32,000 bases of DNA from Nostoc punctiforme PCC 73102 (GTDB lineage: Bacteria; Cyanobacteriota; Cyanobacteriia; Cyanobacteriales; Nostocaceae). The notes under the pieces are model-generated. The model was not told the DNA's origin. It searched no databases and saw nothing but the letters and a program-made list of their open reading frames with translations. Within the stretch, counting starts at the first letter, position 1. Each line of letters starts with the position of its first letter. Made by a program: the position numbers and the translations under genes. The DNA is taken from contig NC_010628.1 of assembly GCF_000020025.1 (NCBI RefSeq), positions 4,980,001-5,012,000 on the forward strand, given 5' to 3'. Of this stretch, positions 16,994-25,199 are shown one piece after another.

Positions 16994-17914
16994 ATGAAAA
17001 ATATCTTGTTTCAGATGTGGCAATCTCTTCGGCGTTACCGAATACAAGCTGTTATATTTATAGTTCTTGGATGTGTTGCTGTATTGAGTGTAATTAGCTT
17101 CCAAACAATGCCTATTCTGGCTCAACCAGCTTCAACCTCATCTGAACGTCCTGCTATTAAAGCGCCAAATTTTGGGCGACACTTTCAAGAATTTGGGCGT
17201 GAAGGCTCAATCTTGATTTACGACTCAAAAAATAATCGCATCTATGAACACAATCCTAAACGTAATGCAACTGCGTAGGCGTAGCCCGTCGTAGACATCG
17301 CTCCAGCTTCGACATTCAAAATTTTTAACGCGCTGGTGGCATTAGAAACAGGTGTAGTTCCTGATGATGTGGCGGTTCTCACTTGGGATGGAATTCATCG
17401 AGATATCGATGCCTGGAATCACGATACGAATTTGCGTCAAGCCTTTAAAGATTCAACAGTTTGGTTCTATCAAGTACTAGCGCGGAAGGCTGGATATGAA
17501 CGGATGCAGCAATTTATTCACAAAGTAGGTTACGGGAATCGTCAGATTGGCACCGCCGCAGACATCGATCTTTTTTGGTTACAACAGCCTTTGCAAATTA
17601 CACCCCAAGAGCAAATCAAGTTTTTGCAACGGTTGTATCAAGGCGATTTGCCTTTCTCGCAACGGACAATAAATCTTGTCAAAGACATTATGGTACGCGA
17701 ACAAACTCCAGACTACACACTGCGGGGAAAGACGGGATGGTTAACGAGTACCAAACCAAACGTTGGTTGGTTTGTGGGTTATTTAGAACAAAACAAAAAC
17801 GTCTACTTTTTTGCAACAACCCTTGATATGTATAAACCAGAGGATGCACCCGTCCGCATCGAGATTACACGACGCAGCCTTAAGGATTTGGGTTTGCTAG
17901 CTCACATCAACTAA
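16994..17914 (+). pseudogene. Class D (OXA-type) beta-lactamase interrupted by two in-frame TAG codons
   Basis: ORFs 16994..17278 and 17336..17914 are in the same frame. Reading through gives ..HNPKRNATA*A*PVVDIAPASTFKIFNALVALETGV. All class D motifs are present (STFK, STV, YGN, KTG, WFVGY). The stops lie in a 29-nt SDR copy. Confidence 0.85.
17273..17301. repeat. SDR-like element inserted in the beta-lactamase gene
   Basis: GCGTAGGCGTAGCCCGTCGTAGACATCGC is the reverse complement of GCGATgtctacgacGGGCTACGCCTACGC. It shares both flanks with GCGATacctgcggtGGGCTACGCCTACGC at 5909-5937. Confidence 0.8.
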
Positions 17915-18123
17915 CCACCACCAACAATAGTTACCACTTCTAAGCGATCGCCTGGCTGCAATTTTGTTTGTGGCCAAAACTGACGATGTAAAATTTCGCC
18001 GTTATATTCTACAGCTACCAAGCGGGGATTGAAACCCAACTCTTGGAGTAAATTGGGTAAAGAAGTTTGAAATGAGCAGCTATGGGTTTCCCCATTTACC
18101 TGAATCGTAATCTCATTAGACAT
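17911..18123 (-). CDS. thiS: Sulfur carrier protein ThiS
   Basis: 70-aa ORF ending in ..VTIVGGG. It has the ubiquitin-like ThiS pattern (I.VNGE.......L..LL..LG.......VE.NGEI..R..W....L..GD.LE.V..VGGG). It overlaps the convergent beta-lactamase stop by 4 nt. Confidence 0.9.
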   Translation of the reverse strand: MSNEITIQVNGETHSCSFQTSLPNLLQELGFNPRLVAVEYNGEILHRQFWPQTKLQPGDRLEVVTIVGGG

Positions 18124-18130
18124 AAATGTG

Positions 18131-18236
18131 GGAATAGGGAATTGGGAACTTGTACTGAGCGCAGTCGTAAAGCCTGCGGCATAGCTACGCTTAGGGCGCA
18201 GCCTCTCGTAGAGAAGTATGGGGAATTGGGTATTGG
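18131..18236. repeat. Nested compound SDR-like element filling the thiE-thiS spacer
   Basis: GGGAATTGGGAACTTGTACTGAGCGCAGTCG + [TAAAGCCTGCGGCATAGCTACGCTTAG] + GGCGCAGCCTCTCGTAGAG + AAGTATGGGGAATTGGG. This is the same scaffold as the menD array, with one further nested module. Confidence 0.85.
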
Positions 18237-18252
18237 TTACTCACTTTGGGCT

Positions 18253-18279
18253 AATGACAAATGACAAATGACAAATGAC
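18253..18279. repeat. Heptamer tandem repeat (AATGACA x ~3.9)
   Basis: Direct reading: aatgacaaatgacaaatgacaaatgac. Confidence 0.9.
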
Positions 18280-18283
18280 TCTT

Positions 18284-19399
18284 TTAAAGTTCTGGCTTAA
18301 TGCGATTGAGTTGGGAGAGCAAATATTGTGTTACCAGGGTAGGCTGTTCAGCTTGCATGAGCGATCGCACCACTGCTACACGTTTGGCTCCAGCATCGAT
18401 CGCATCATTGATATTATTGGCATCGATTCCGCCAATGGCAAACCAGGGAATTGAGCAATTTTTCGCAGCATAGCTGACATATTCTAAACCTGTTGCTGCC
18501 TTACCTACTTTCGTGGGAGTTTCATAAACTGGCCCCACGCCAATGTAATCTACACCTTCAGCAATTGCTGCTTGCATCTCTTCTTTATTTGTGGTGGAAA
18601 GACCTATCAGACGCTGTGAACCGAGTAATTGCCGAGCAATAGCAATAGGCATATCTTGTTGTCCCAGATGTACCCCATCTGCATCGACAGCTAAAGCTAG
18701 ATCCACGCGATCGTTAACAATGAACAAAGCACCGTAGATATGGCATAACTGCCGGAGTTTTCTGGCTTGTTCCAAACGCAAAGAATCATCGGCGGTTTTG
18801 TCACGGTATTGTAAAAGCGTTAATCCCCCTTTAAGTGCAGCTTCGACGTTATTCAACAAATTTTCACTAGGGGAAGTAACAAGATACAAACGCGATCGCC
18901 ACAACAATTGATGGCGCTGATGACCCATTAAATTACTTTCTAGGGTATAAACCTGATAGCGCATCTGCTTACAAGCTTTAGCTATATTTGGCTGATAAAG
19001 CTTGCTGTATTCTTCCAACACCCGTAATGCTTCTTCGACACGGCAAAAGTTAGCTTGCAATACTGATTTTATACTAGCTCGTTCTTCTTCTTGAGGATGA
19101 GTTAACTCAGTTCCAGGATCGCCTGGTGTATCTCGCGCCGCTCGTAATTCCGGGGTATGCCACTTGGCTAATTCTTGTCGCAGACGCTTGCATTCAAGAG
19201 CTAACTGGGCATTATTCAAGCCAAAGCGACACCATTCTTCAATAATTCGCAAGCCTTCACGAGCGCGGTCTAAATTGGCATCTAAAATGCGATAGACGAC
19301 TTGCTGTACTTGCTCTTTTTGGCTGTATGGCTCGACCATTACAACAACCCCGTTAGTGCTTTCATCAAAATGTGAATTATCATATTTCTTAGTAACCAT
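18284..19399 (-). CDS. thiE: Thiamine-phosphate synthase (long cyanobacterial form with N-terminal extension domain)
   Basis: 371-aa ORF. The C-terminal ~210 aa show ThiE blocks (LYLVT......L...VE.AL.GG....QYR.K......R...A..L..LC...GA.FIVNDR.DLA.AV.ADGVHLGQ.D.P...AR..LG....IG.S....EE...A...G.DYIGVGP...T.TK). The N-terminal domain has duplicated LDAN..R..EGLR..EE motifs. Confidence 0.9.
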   Translation of the reverse strand: MVTKKYDNSHFDESTNGVVVMVEPYSQKEQVQQVVYRILDANLDRAREGLRIIEEWCRFGLNNAQLALECKRLRQELAKWHTPELRAARDTPGDPGTELTHPQEEERASIKSVLQANFCRVEEALRVLEEYSKLYQPNIAKACKQMRYQVYTLESNLMGHQRHQLLWRSRLYLVTSPSENLLNNVEAALKGGLTLLQYRDKTADDSLRLEQARKLRQLCHIYGALFIVNDRVDLALAVDADGVHLGQQDMPIAIARQLLGSQRLIGLSTTNKEEMQAAIAEGVDYIGVGPVYETPTKVGKAATGLEYVSYAAKNCSIPWFAIGGIDANNINDAIDAGAKRVAVVRSLMQAEQPTLVTQYLLSQLNRIKPEL

Positions 19400-19887
19400 A
19401 AGTCAATTAATTTGCTTTTTTTTACTCAATTTTTGCCGAATCTACGCAAAAAAGCGTAGTAATGAGGGTTACGGTAAATTATCCCATGTTCTTATATGCA
19501 GTGATAAGGGTAGTTTGAGGCTACAGTTTTGCACTAAGGTTAGTCAAGTATTTTAGGGTGAACAACGAGCTTATAAAGGACTAGCCGAAAGGGATACATC
19601 AGAAAATATCCAATGGGCAAATTAAATTGAGACTGCATAGATACTATTTAGAGAGTTTTTGTCTCTCAATGAAGAATTTTTTGCGTAAGTCCTGAATTAC
19701 AAGCTCTTTTAGGGTGAGGGTATTTTGGCGATCGCGTAGCGTGTCTTTTAGAGCAAGGTATTCTCGAACAGACACAATATTATTTATTACCCTGTATTAA
19801 AAATCGCTAATCGGTCAATATGTGAGTAATATTATCGACATAATACTTTCTAAGAGTATAAGAATTTATTGTTACTTCTAAGGAGTT

Positions 19888-21798
19888 GTGTTAAATATGA
19901 TTCACTACCATGTGTTTCCTAAGTACCGTAGAGTAGATATTATGCTTGCAAAGCTGAAGTTTCTGGAATCAGCAAGGCTTTTATTTTTTAGCTTATCAGT
20001 ATTATCTTTTACCGTAGGGATGGGAGCGACAAGTCTGACGTTCCTGAGTAGTGCGTTAGCGGAGCTCGCCGGAGGCATCGCTCAGATGCCATCGACACCA
20101 AATTCAGCACCTCTAGGTGAGACAAAAAATTCTCAGGCTAACGTGCTGTTTGTCAACTCAAATGGTGGAAATGACAGCGCAGGTAATGGCAGCGAATCCG
20201 CTCCGGTGAAAACGATTACCCATGCGTTGCAATTAGCTAACCCCAATACTGTAATTATGCTCTCCACGGGCACTTATAGCGCCGAGACAGGAGAGGAATT
20301 TCCCTTAATGCTGAAACCGGGTATTTCAATTCAAGGCAACCCTAGCAATCAAGGTAAGGATATTATCATTCAGGGAGGCGGTGATTACCTGAGTCGGAGC
20401 TTTGGCGGTCAAAACGTCACAATTGTGGGGGCAAACCAAGCTTTGCTCACTGGGGTGACGGTGACGAACCCCAATCGCCGGGGTTACGGTTTATGGATTG
20501 AATCTAGCGATCCGGTAATCGCGGAAAATACATTTACCGGCAGTACCCAAGATGGGATTTCTGTCAGTGGTAATGCTGCACCTACCATTAGCAAGAATTA
20601 CTTCGATCGCAATGGAGCCAATGGCATCACAATTGCCGGGAATTCCAGTCCCCAAGTGAAAGAAAATGTCTTTCACCAAACGGGTTTTGGCATTAATATT
20701 GCCCAAAATGCCGCTCCGATAGTTATAGGTAATCAAATTCAGAACAATAGATCGGGAATTGTGGTGCAAGCAAAGGCCCACCCGATTTTACGGAATAATA
20801 TTATTCAAGATAATAAAGAAGATGGTTTAGTTGCGATCGCTCAAGCAATGCCGGATTTGGGTAGTGCATCGGAACCTGGGGGTAATCAATTTCAAAATAA
20901 TGCTCGCTACGACATTAACGCCAGTGCTGCTAAACAGATGATTTCTGCTGGCGGTAATAATCTTGTGAGCGATCGCATCACTGGCAAGGTAGATATTAAC
21001 GGGACAATAGCACTAGCAGCACAAAATTCTCAATCGACTCCCAATAATGTGTTACGAGAAGTACCACCAACTGGGGAAATCACCTTCTCGGCTCCCGAAA
21101 TCTCTGAAACTACTAATAGGCAAAACAGCAACAGTATTTCAGCAAATAATCCTATTTCTACACAATTAAACAGTCAACTGCTGCCATTAGTGCCAGCTAA
21201 GGTTCCACTTTCCACGCTTGTATCCAATCAACAGCAACCCACATCTAAAGTTGCTGGATTTCCAACACCTAGCAGCTTGTCGGCGAGACAAATACCAACT
21301 AACACTCAAATTGCAACTTCCAGTCCAGCACAGCCGCCTAATACACCACAGTTGAATTATGTGCGGATTGATCCTAATATGATTGAATTTACTGCCCCTG
21401 AGTACCCATCCAATTCAGTTGCCAGCACAAGGAATCAAACACAGCAGCCATTACCAATACTAGAAGCTACTGCCCCAAATGCGTCAGCACTTTTACCACT
21501 TCCCGACCGTAATATCCCTATTGGTAATACTCGTAATATGCAAACAAGTTCTGCAAGTATTCCTTATGGCGGTAAATCTGCGACACAGTTCGGTATCCGT
21601 TATCGTGTCGTAGTTCCACTCCTCACTGATAGGGATCAAGACTTAGTGCGATCGCTTGCTCCTGGTGCCTTTCCCACAGTTTGGGAAGGTCAAAGAGTTA
21701 TGCAAGCAGGAGTATTTAGCAGTGAATATAACGCTAAAGAAATGCTCAAAACGCTCTCTAGCAATGGTTTAAGAGCCATTATGGAGCCCTTGAATTAA
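19888..21798 (+). CDS. Secreted DUF1565 / right-handed parallel beta-helix repeat protein with low-complexity linker and SPOR-like C-terminus
   Basis: 636-aa ORF. It has a signal-like N-terminus, so the start is uncertain: GTG 19888, ATG 19897 or ATG 19942. LFVN...G.D.AGNGSE.AP.KTIT.AL..A.PNTVI.L..GTY is the DUF1565 motif. Repeated ~22-aa beta-helix turns follow (N.F.....GI.V.G.A.P.I). A Q/P/S/N-rich linker leads to the C-terminal YRVVVP...Q.AGVFSS..NAKEMLKTLSSNGL.A. Confidence 0.75.
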   Translation: MLNMIHYHVFPKYRRVDIMLAKLKFLESARLLFFSLSVLSFTVGMGATSLTFLSSALAELAGGIAQMPSTPNSAPLGETKNSQANVLFVNSNGGNDSAGNGSESAPVKTITHALQLANPNTVIMLSTGTYSAETGEEFPLMLKPGISIQGNPSNQGKDIIIQGGGDYLSRSFGGQNVTIVGANQALLTGVTVTNPNRRGYGLWIESSDPVIAENTFTGSTQDGISVSGNAAPTISKNYFDRNGANGITIAGNSSPQVKENVFHQTGFGINIAQNAAPIVIGNQIQNNRSGIVVQAKAHPILRNNIIQDNKEDGLVAIAQAMPDLGSASEPGGNQFQNNARYDINASAAKQMISAGGNNLVSDRITGKVDINGTIALAAQNSQSTPNNVLREVPPTGEITFSAPEISETTNRQNSNSISANNPISTQLNSQLLPLVPAKVPLSTLVSNQQQPTSKVAGFPTPSSLSARQIPTNTQIATSSPAQPPNTPQLNYVRIDPNMIEFTAPEYPSNSVASTRNQTQQPLPILEATAPNASALLPLPDRNIPIGNTRNMQTSSASIPYGGKSATQFGIRYRVVVPLLTDRDQDLVRSLAPGAFPTVWEGQRVMQAGVFSSEYNAKEMLKTLSSNGLRAIMEPLN

Positions 21799-21843
21799 GC
21801 AATTGATTCGGCACCAAAATGCTTACTGCCCTTCCATTTATTC

Positions 21844-21874
21844 ATTTTTAATTTTTAATTTTTAATTTTTAATT
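21844..21874. repeat. Heptamer tandem repeat (ATTTTTA x 4+)
   Basis: Direct reading: atttttaatttttaatttttaatttttaatt. Confidence 0.9.
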
Positions 21875-21887
21875 GCTTAGGCGTACC

Positions 21888-23117
21888 CTATCCTGGCTTG
21901 TGATCCAAACGAGTGGCTTGCTCTAGGGCAGCTTTTTCTTTGGCTCGGCGGACATAAGGTTGTAATTGAATGCGATCGCAACCTGTTAATATAATCAGGT
22001 TTTCCAAGGTGATTCCCCGCATCAACATTTCTACGCGCCAAGTTTGTTGAGCCTGAGCGATCGCTGGCGTTTGTCCTTGGGGAGTTAGTAATCCCTCACT
22101 CCATACTTGCCAACGTGTCTCAAGCTCTGATTCTGTCATGGGTTTACCTGTTTCATTCAAAAACATGGCTGTTTGAGCATCTTTACGACTTTTCAGCCAT
22201 TTAATTAAAGGATTATTAGTAAAAGAACCGTAGCGTTTGCCCAAAATCCACTGATTCACAGGCACTTGACGGACAAATCCGGGGATTGTGATTTGCAGGA
22301 AGTGCCCTTGAGTATCGTAGATTTGGTGCGATCGCTCCAAGCTAATTATTTCTGTGGCGGATAACCCAGCTCCGAATAACACATAAGCCAACGCGTGATC
22401 TCGGGTTCCCGATTTCCTGGCTTGTTGTAAAATTTCGTGAACTAAACTAGCTGGTAAATCAGCTACTTCTGTGGTGGTGAATCCTCCTTGTAAGCAGTTT
22501 ATTGCTGATTCTGCTGAGGATGACATAGCTCCATGTAAAAACAACTCCACCAAATTTTCGAGAAAATCATTCCGATCCTCCCAAAGTTCGTGAAATTCGC
22601 TGGTGAACTCAATTACGGCATATCCCAAGATCATCCCATTTAGCAAACTGGCTAATTTTTCTGCTGGTAAATAAGTATTTAGGTGCCCTTGCTGGATTAC
22701 AGTAGCTAAATACTGAGCTACATAATGGTTTGCCTCTGTGACTCCCCTGCCTAGTGCGCGGCGATTTTCTGCCGGGAATTGGTCGGCTTCACCTACCACA
22801 GACCTGACAAACTCTGGCACTCGTTCTAATGCGTGCAAGCTATCACTTGCATAATCTTTCAGAGCTTGGTACACATTGCCGGGAGGCGTTGCCCGCCGCA
22901 CCAGCGATTCACCTAAATCCTTAAAGGCTGCCGACTCTTCCAGCACAGCTAAAAGCAGTCCATGCTTATTGCCAAAATTCCGAAATAGAGTCACTTCGTT
23001 GACTTCGGCTTTTTCAGCAATTTGGCGGGTTGTGGTAGCGCTAACTCCCTGAGCAGAAAACAACTCAAGTGCAGCTTGAATCAAGCGTTGACGAGTAGAA
23101 ACGAGGTGAGACGACAT
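21888..23117 (-). CDS. TetR/AcrR-family transcriptional regulator with a long C-terminal tyrosine-recombinase-like (probably inactive) domain
   Basis: The N-terminus R.RLIQAALELFSAQGVSATTTRQIAEKAEVNEVTLFRNFGNKHGLL is a TetR HTH. The C-terminal ~190 aa show an integrase box I-like ALAYVLFGAGLSATEIISL, then L.I...VRQVPV, then box II-like TWRVEMLMRGITLENLIILTGCDRIQLQPY. The ATG is at 23117 (MSSHLV..); the ORF track extends to a TTG at 23129. Confidence 0.7.
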   Translation of the reverse strand: MSSHLVSTRQRLIQAALELFSAQGVSATTTRQIAEKAEVNEVTLFRNFGNKHGLLLAVLEESAAFKDLGESLVRRATPPGNVYQALKDYASDSLHALERVPEFVRSVVGEADQFPAENRRALGRGVTEANHYVAQYLATVIQQGHLNTYLPAEKLASLLNGMILGYAVIEFTSEFHELWEDRNDFLENLVELFLHGAMSSSAESAINCLQGGFTTTEVADLPASLVHEILQQARKSGTRDHALAYVLFGAGLSATEIISLERSHQIYDTQGHFLQITIPGFVRQVPVNQWILGKRYGSFTNNPLIKWLKSRKDAQTAMFLNETGKPMTESELETRWQVWSEGLLTPQGQTPAIAQAQQTWRVEMLMRGITLENLIILTGCDRIQLQPYVRRAKEKAALEQATRLDHKPG

Positions 23118-23124
23118 AGAAAAA

Positions 23125-23141
23125 TGCAAGTGGCACTTGCA
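23125..23141. promoter_or_regulatory. Perfect 17-bp palindrome TGCAAGTG-g-CACTTGCA, candidate TetR operator
   Basis: It lies 8 nt upstream of the ATG of the TetR-family gene, inside the 173-bp divergent spacer shared with desC. Confidence 0.4.
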
Positions 23142-23290
23142 GGGGTATCAGAGTTCTGCTAGCATAACAAATGTAAGTGATACTTGCTTTACTCAACTGT
23201 AACGAATTAGTATACAGTGCGGGTAAATCCCTTGTGGGGTGGCATCCGAGAAAAGGCAAATTGCTTCATCATCCATCAACAGGAATTTTT

Positions 23291-24172
23291 ATGACCGCAA
23301 ATTTTGGGGCGTTCGCTAAAAGCGTTGGCGAAGCCATCGCCCCTGAGAGAGGCAAATCACCTCAACTCAGTTGGACAAACGTAGTTTTTTTTACTACGTT
23401 TCATGCCTTAGCACTTATGTCTCCTTGGTTTTTCTCCTGGTCAGCATTAGGTTTGCTAGTGTTTCTCCACTGGTTATTCGGGAGCATTGGTATTTGCCTG
23501 GGATATCATAGACTACTGAGCCATAAGAGTTTCCAAGTTCCCAAGTGGTTAGAGTATGCGATCGCCCTAATTGGAGCGCTGGCTTTGCAAGGTGGGCCAA
23601 TTTTTTGGGTAGGTGGACACCGCCAGCATCACGCCCACACGGAAGATATTAATTTAGACCCCTACTCTGCTCAAAGAGGGTTTTGGTGGAGTCATATATT
23701 ATGGATTTTCTACCCACGCCCAGAATTTTTTGACTATGACACCTATAAAAAATATGCCCCTGATTTAGCAAGACAACCCTTTTATTGTTGGCTGGATCGC
23801 TACTTTTTGCTATTGCAAATACCCTTCGCACTACTCCTATATGGATTAGGAGGATGGCCTTTTGTGTTCTACGGAGTATTTCTCAGATGTGTCTTGCTTT
23901 GGCACTCAACCTGGTTTGTAAACTCAGCATCACACCTGTGGGGTTATCGCACGTTTGATGCTAACGATGGCGCTCGTAATCTTTGGTGGGTATCCCTCGT
24001 TACTTATGGAGAAGGATGGCACAACAACCATCATACTTATCCCCACATGGCAAAATCCGGGTTGTCTTGGTGGGAGATTGATGTTACTTGGTGGAGCATC
24101 CTAGTTTTGCAGACTTTGGGTTTAGCCAAAAAAGTTGTCTCACGTCCTCCTCAAGGTGCAACTCACGGCTAA
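23291..24172 (+). CDS. desC: Acyl-lipid/acyl-CoA Delta9 fatty acid desaturase
   Basis: Three histidine boxes are present (HRLLSH, HRQHHAH, HNNHH) with the TM topology of membrane Delta9 desaturases. The ATG at 23291 (MTANFG..) is preferred over the upstream extension of the ORF track. Confidence 0.88.
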   Translation: MTANFGAFAKSVGEAIAPERGKSPQLSWTNVVFFTTFHALALMSPWFFSWSALGLLVFLHWLFGSIGICLGYHRLLSHKSFQVPKWLEYAIALIGALALQGGPIFWVGGHRQHHAHTEDINLDPYSAQRGFWWSHILWIFYPRPEFFDYDTYKKYAPDLARQPFYCWLDRYFLLLQIPFALLLYGLGGWPFVFYGVFLRCVLLWHSTWFVNSASHLWGYRTFDANDGARNLWWVSLVTYGEGWHNNHHTYPHMAKSGLSWWEIDVTWWSILVLQTLGLAKKVVSRPPQGATHG

Positions 24173-24196
24173 ATTGCAACTAAATAATGAATTTTT

Positions 24197-24235
24197 AAGC
24201 CGATTGCTTCTCGCAGTCGGCTTACTAATTTTTAC
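24197..24235 (+). terminator. Intrinsic terminator-like hairpin downstream of desC
   Basis: AAGCCGA-ttgcttctcgcag-TCGGCTT followed by actaattttta. Confidence 0.55.
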
Positions 24236-24289
24236 CAACAGTATTTCACGGTAAAATCTAACGGTTTAAATCATCGCAATACATCAAGT

Positions 24290-25123
24290 GTGAAAACTGA
24301 CAGTATTTTTTACCGCCTTTTTCAAGAACTCCCTGAGATATTTTTTGAATTAATTGGTAATCCACCCCAAACGGCAGAGGGTTATAAATTCTCCTCAATT
24401 GAAATCAAGCAAACAACATTCCGTATAGATGGTGTTTTTCTCCCAACACAAGGGCAAGAAAATCCGATTTATTTTGTTGAAGTCCAGTTTCAAACCGACG
24501 CAGAAATTTATTCGCGCCTAATTTCAGAAATTTGTTTATATTTACGTCAAAATAAACCTAAAAATTCTTGGCGAGGAGTAGTTATCTATCCCAATCGCAG
24601 TCTAGATATAGCAGATATCAATAATTACAGCGAATTTTTCACTAGCAATCGTGTTACTCGTATTTATCTTAACGAATTGGGCGAAACTGCATCGCTGCCA
24701 GTCGGAATTGCTACTATGAAACTAGTGGTCGATGAAGAGGAAACAGCAATTACGTCTGCTAGGCAGCTAATAGAGAGAACTCAGCAAGAAATCAACATTG
24801 AACCACAACGGCGGCAGTTACTAGAATTAATAGAGACAATTTTGGTTTATAAGTTTCCAAGAATGAGTCGAGAGGAGATTGAAGGTATGTTTGGGCTAAG
24901 TGATTTGAAACAAACACGAGTTTATCAAGAAGGAAAGCAAGAGGGTAAACAAGAAGGCAAGCAAGAGGGTAAACAAGAAGGAGCGCGTGAAGAAAAGTTT
25001 AGAATGATACCTTTGTTGTTGAGATTGGGATTGAGTTTTGAAGAAATGGCAAAAGAGTTAGGTTTGAGTTTAGAGGAGATTCAGCAAGAAATACAAAAAC
25101 AGCCTCCAAGTCAGGATACCTAA
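24290..25123 (+). CDS. Rpn family recombination-promoting nuclease / DUF2887 protein (second paralog, with GKQE tandem repeat)
   Basis: 277-aa ORF with a GTG start. It shows the same blocks as 5064..5888 (D.IFYRLF...P..FFEL, FRIDGVFLP, VEVQFQ, ILVYKF...SREEI). It also has (Q)EGKQEGKQEGKQEGKQEG, encoded by a 24-nt tandem repeat at 24926-24982. Confidence 0.75.
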   Translation: MKTDSIFYRLFQELPEIFFELIGNPPQTAEGYKFSSIEIKQTTFRIDGVFLPTQGQENPIYFVEVQFQTDAEIYSRLISEICLYLRQNKPKNSWRGVVIYPNRSLDIADINNYSEFFTSNRVTRIYLNELGETASLPVGIATMKLVVDEEETAITSARQLIERTQQEINIEPQRRQLLELIETILVYKFPRMSREEIEGMFGLSDLKQTRVYQEGKQEGKQEGKQEGKQEGAREEKFRMIPLLLRLGLSFEEMAKELGLSLEEIQQEIQKQPPSQDT

Positions 25124-25199
25124 CCTACAATTAGCACTACTCACAGATATCCATAAATAATCCTGTTATTTCCCATTCCCATAATTTTTAATTTTTTGT

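Noticed and set aside
19400-19640. Possible TPP riboswitch upstream of thiE (minus strand)
   Set aside because: On neither strand could I find the conserved CUGAGA and ACCUGAUCUGGAUAAUGCCAGCG-like core. The weak resemblance (ggataatttaccg) lacks the partner elements. Only a short CTACGC-aaaaaa-GCGTAG hairpin (19442-19459) is present.
23291-23360. Possible SDR-derived N-terminal extension of desC (aagcgttggcgaagccatcgcc resembles tcgttggcgcagcctctcg); a similar suspicion for 20041-20090 in the DUF1565 signal region
   Set aside because: The similarity is short (about 12 nt) and could be chance in GC-rich codons. It cannot be decided without ortholog alignments.
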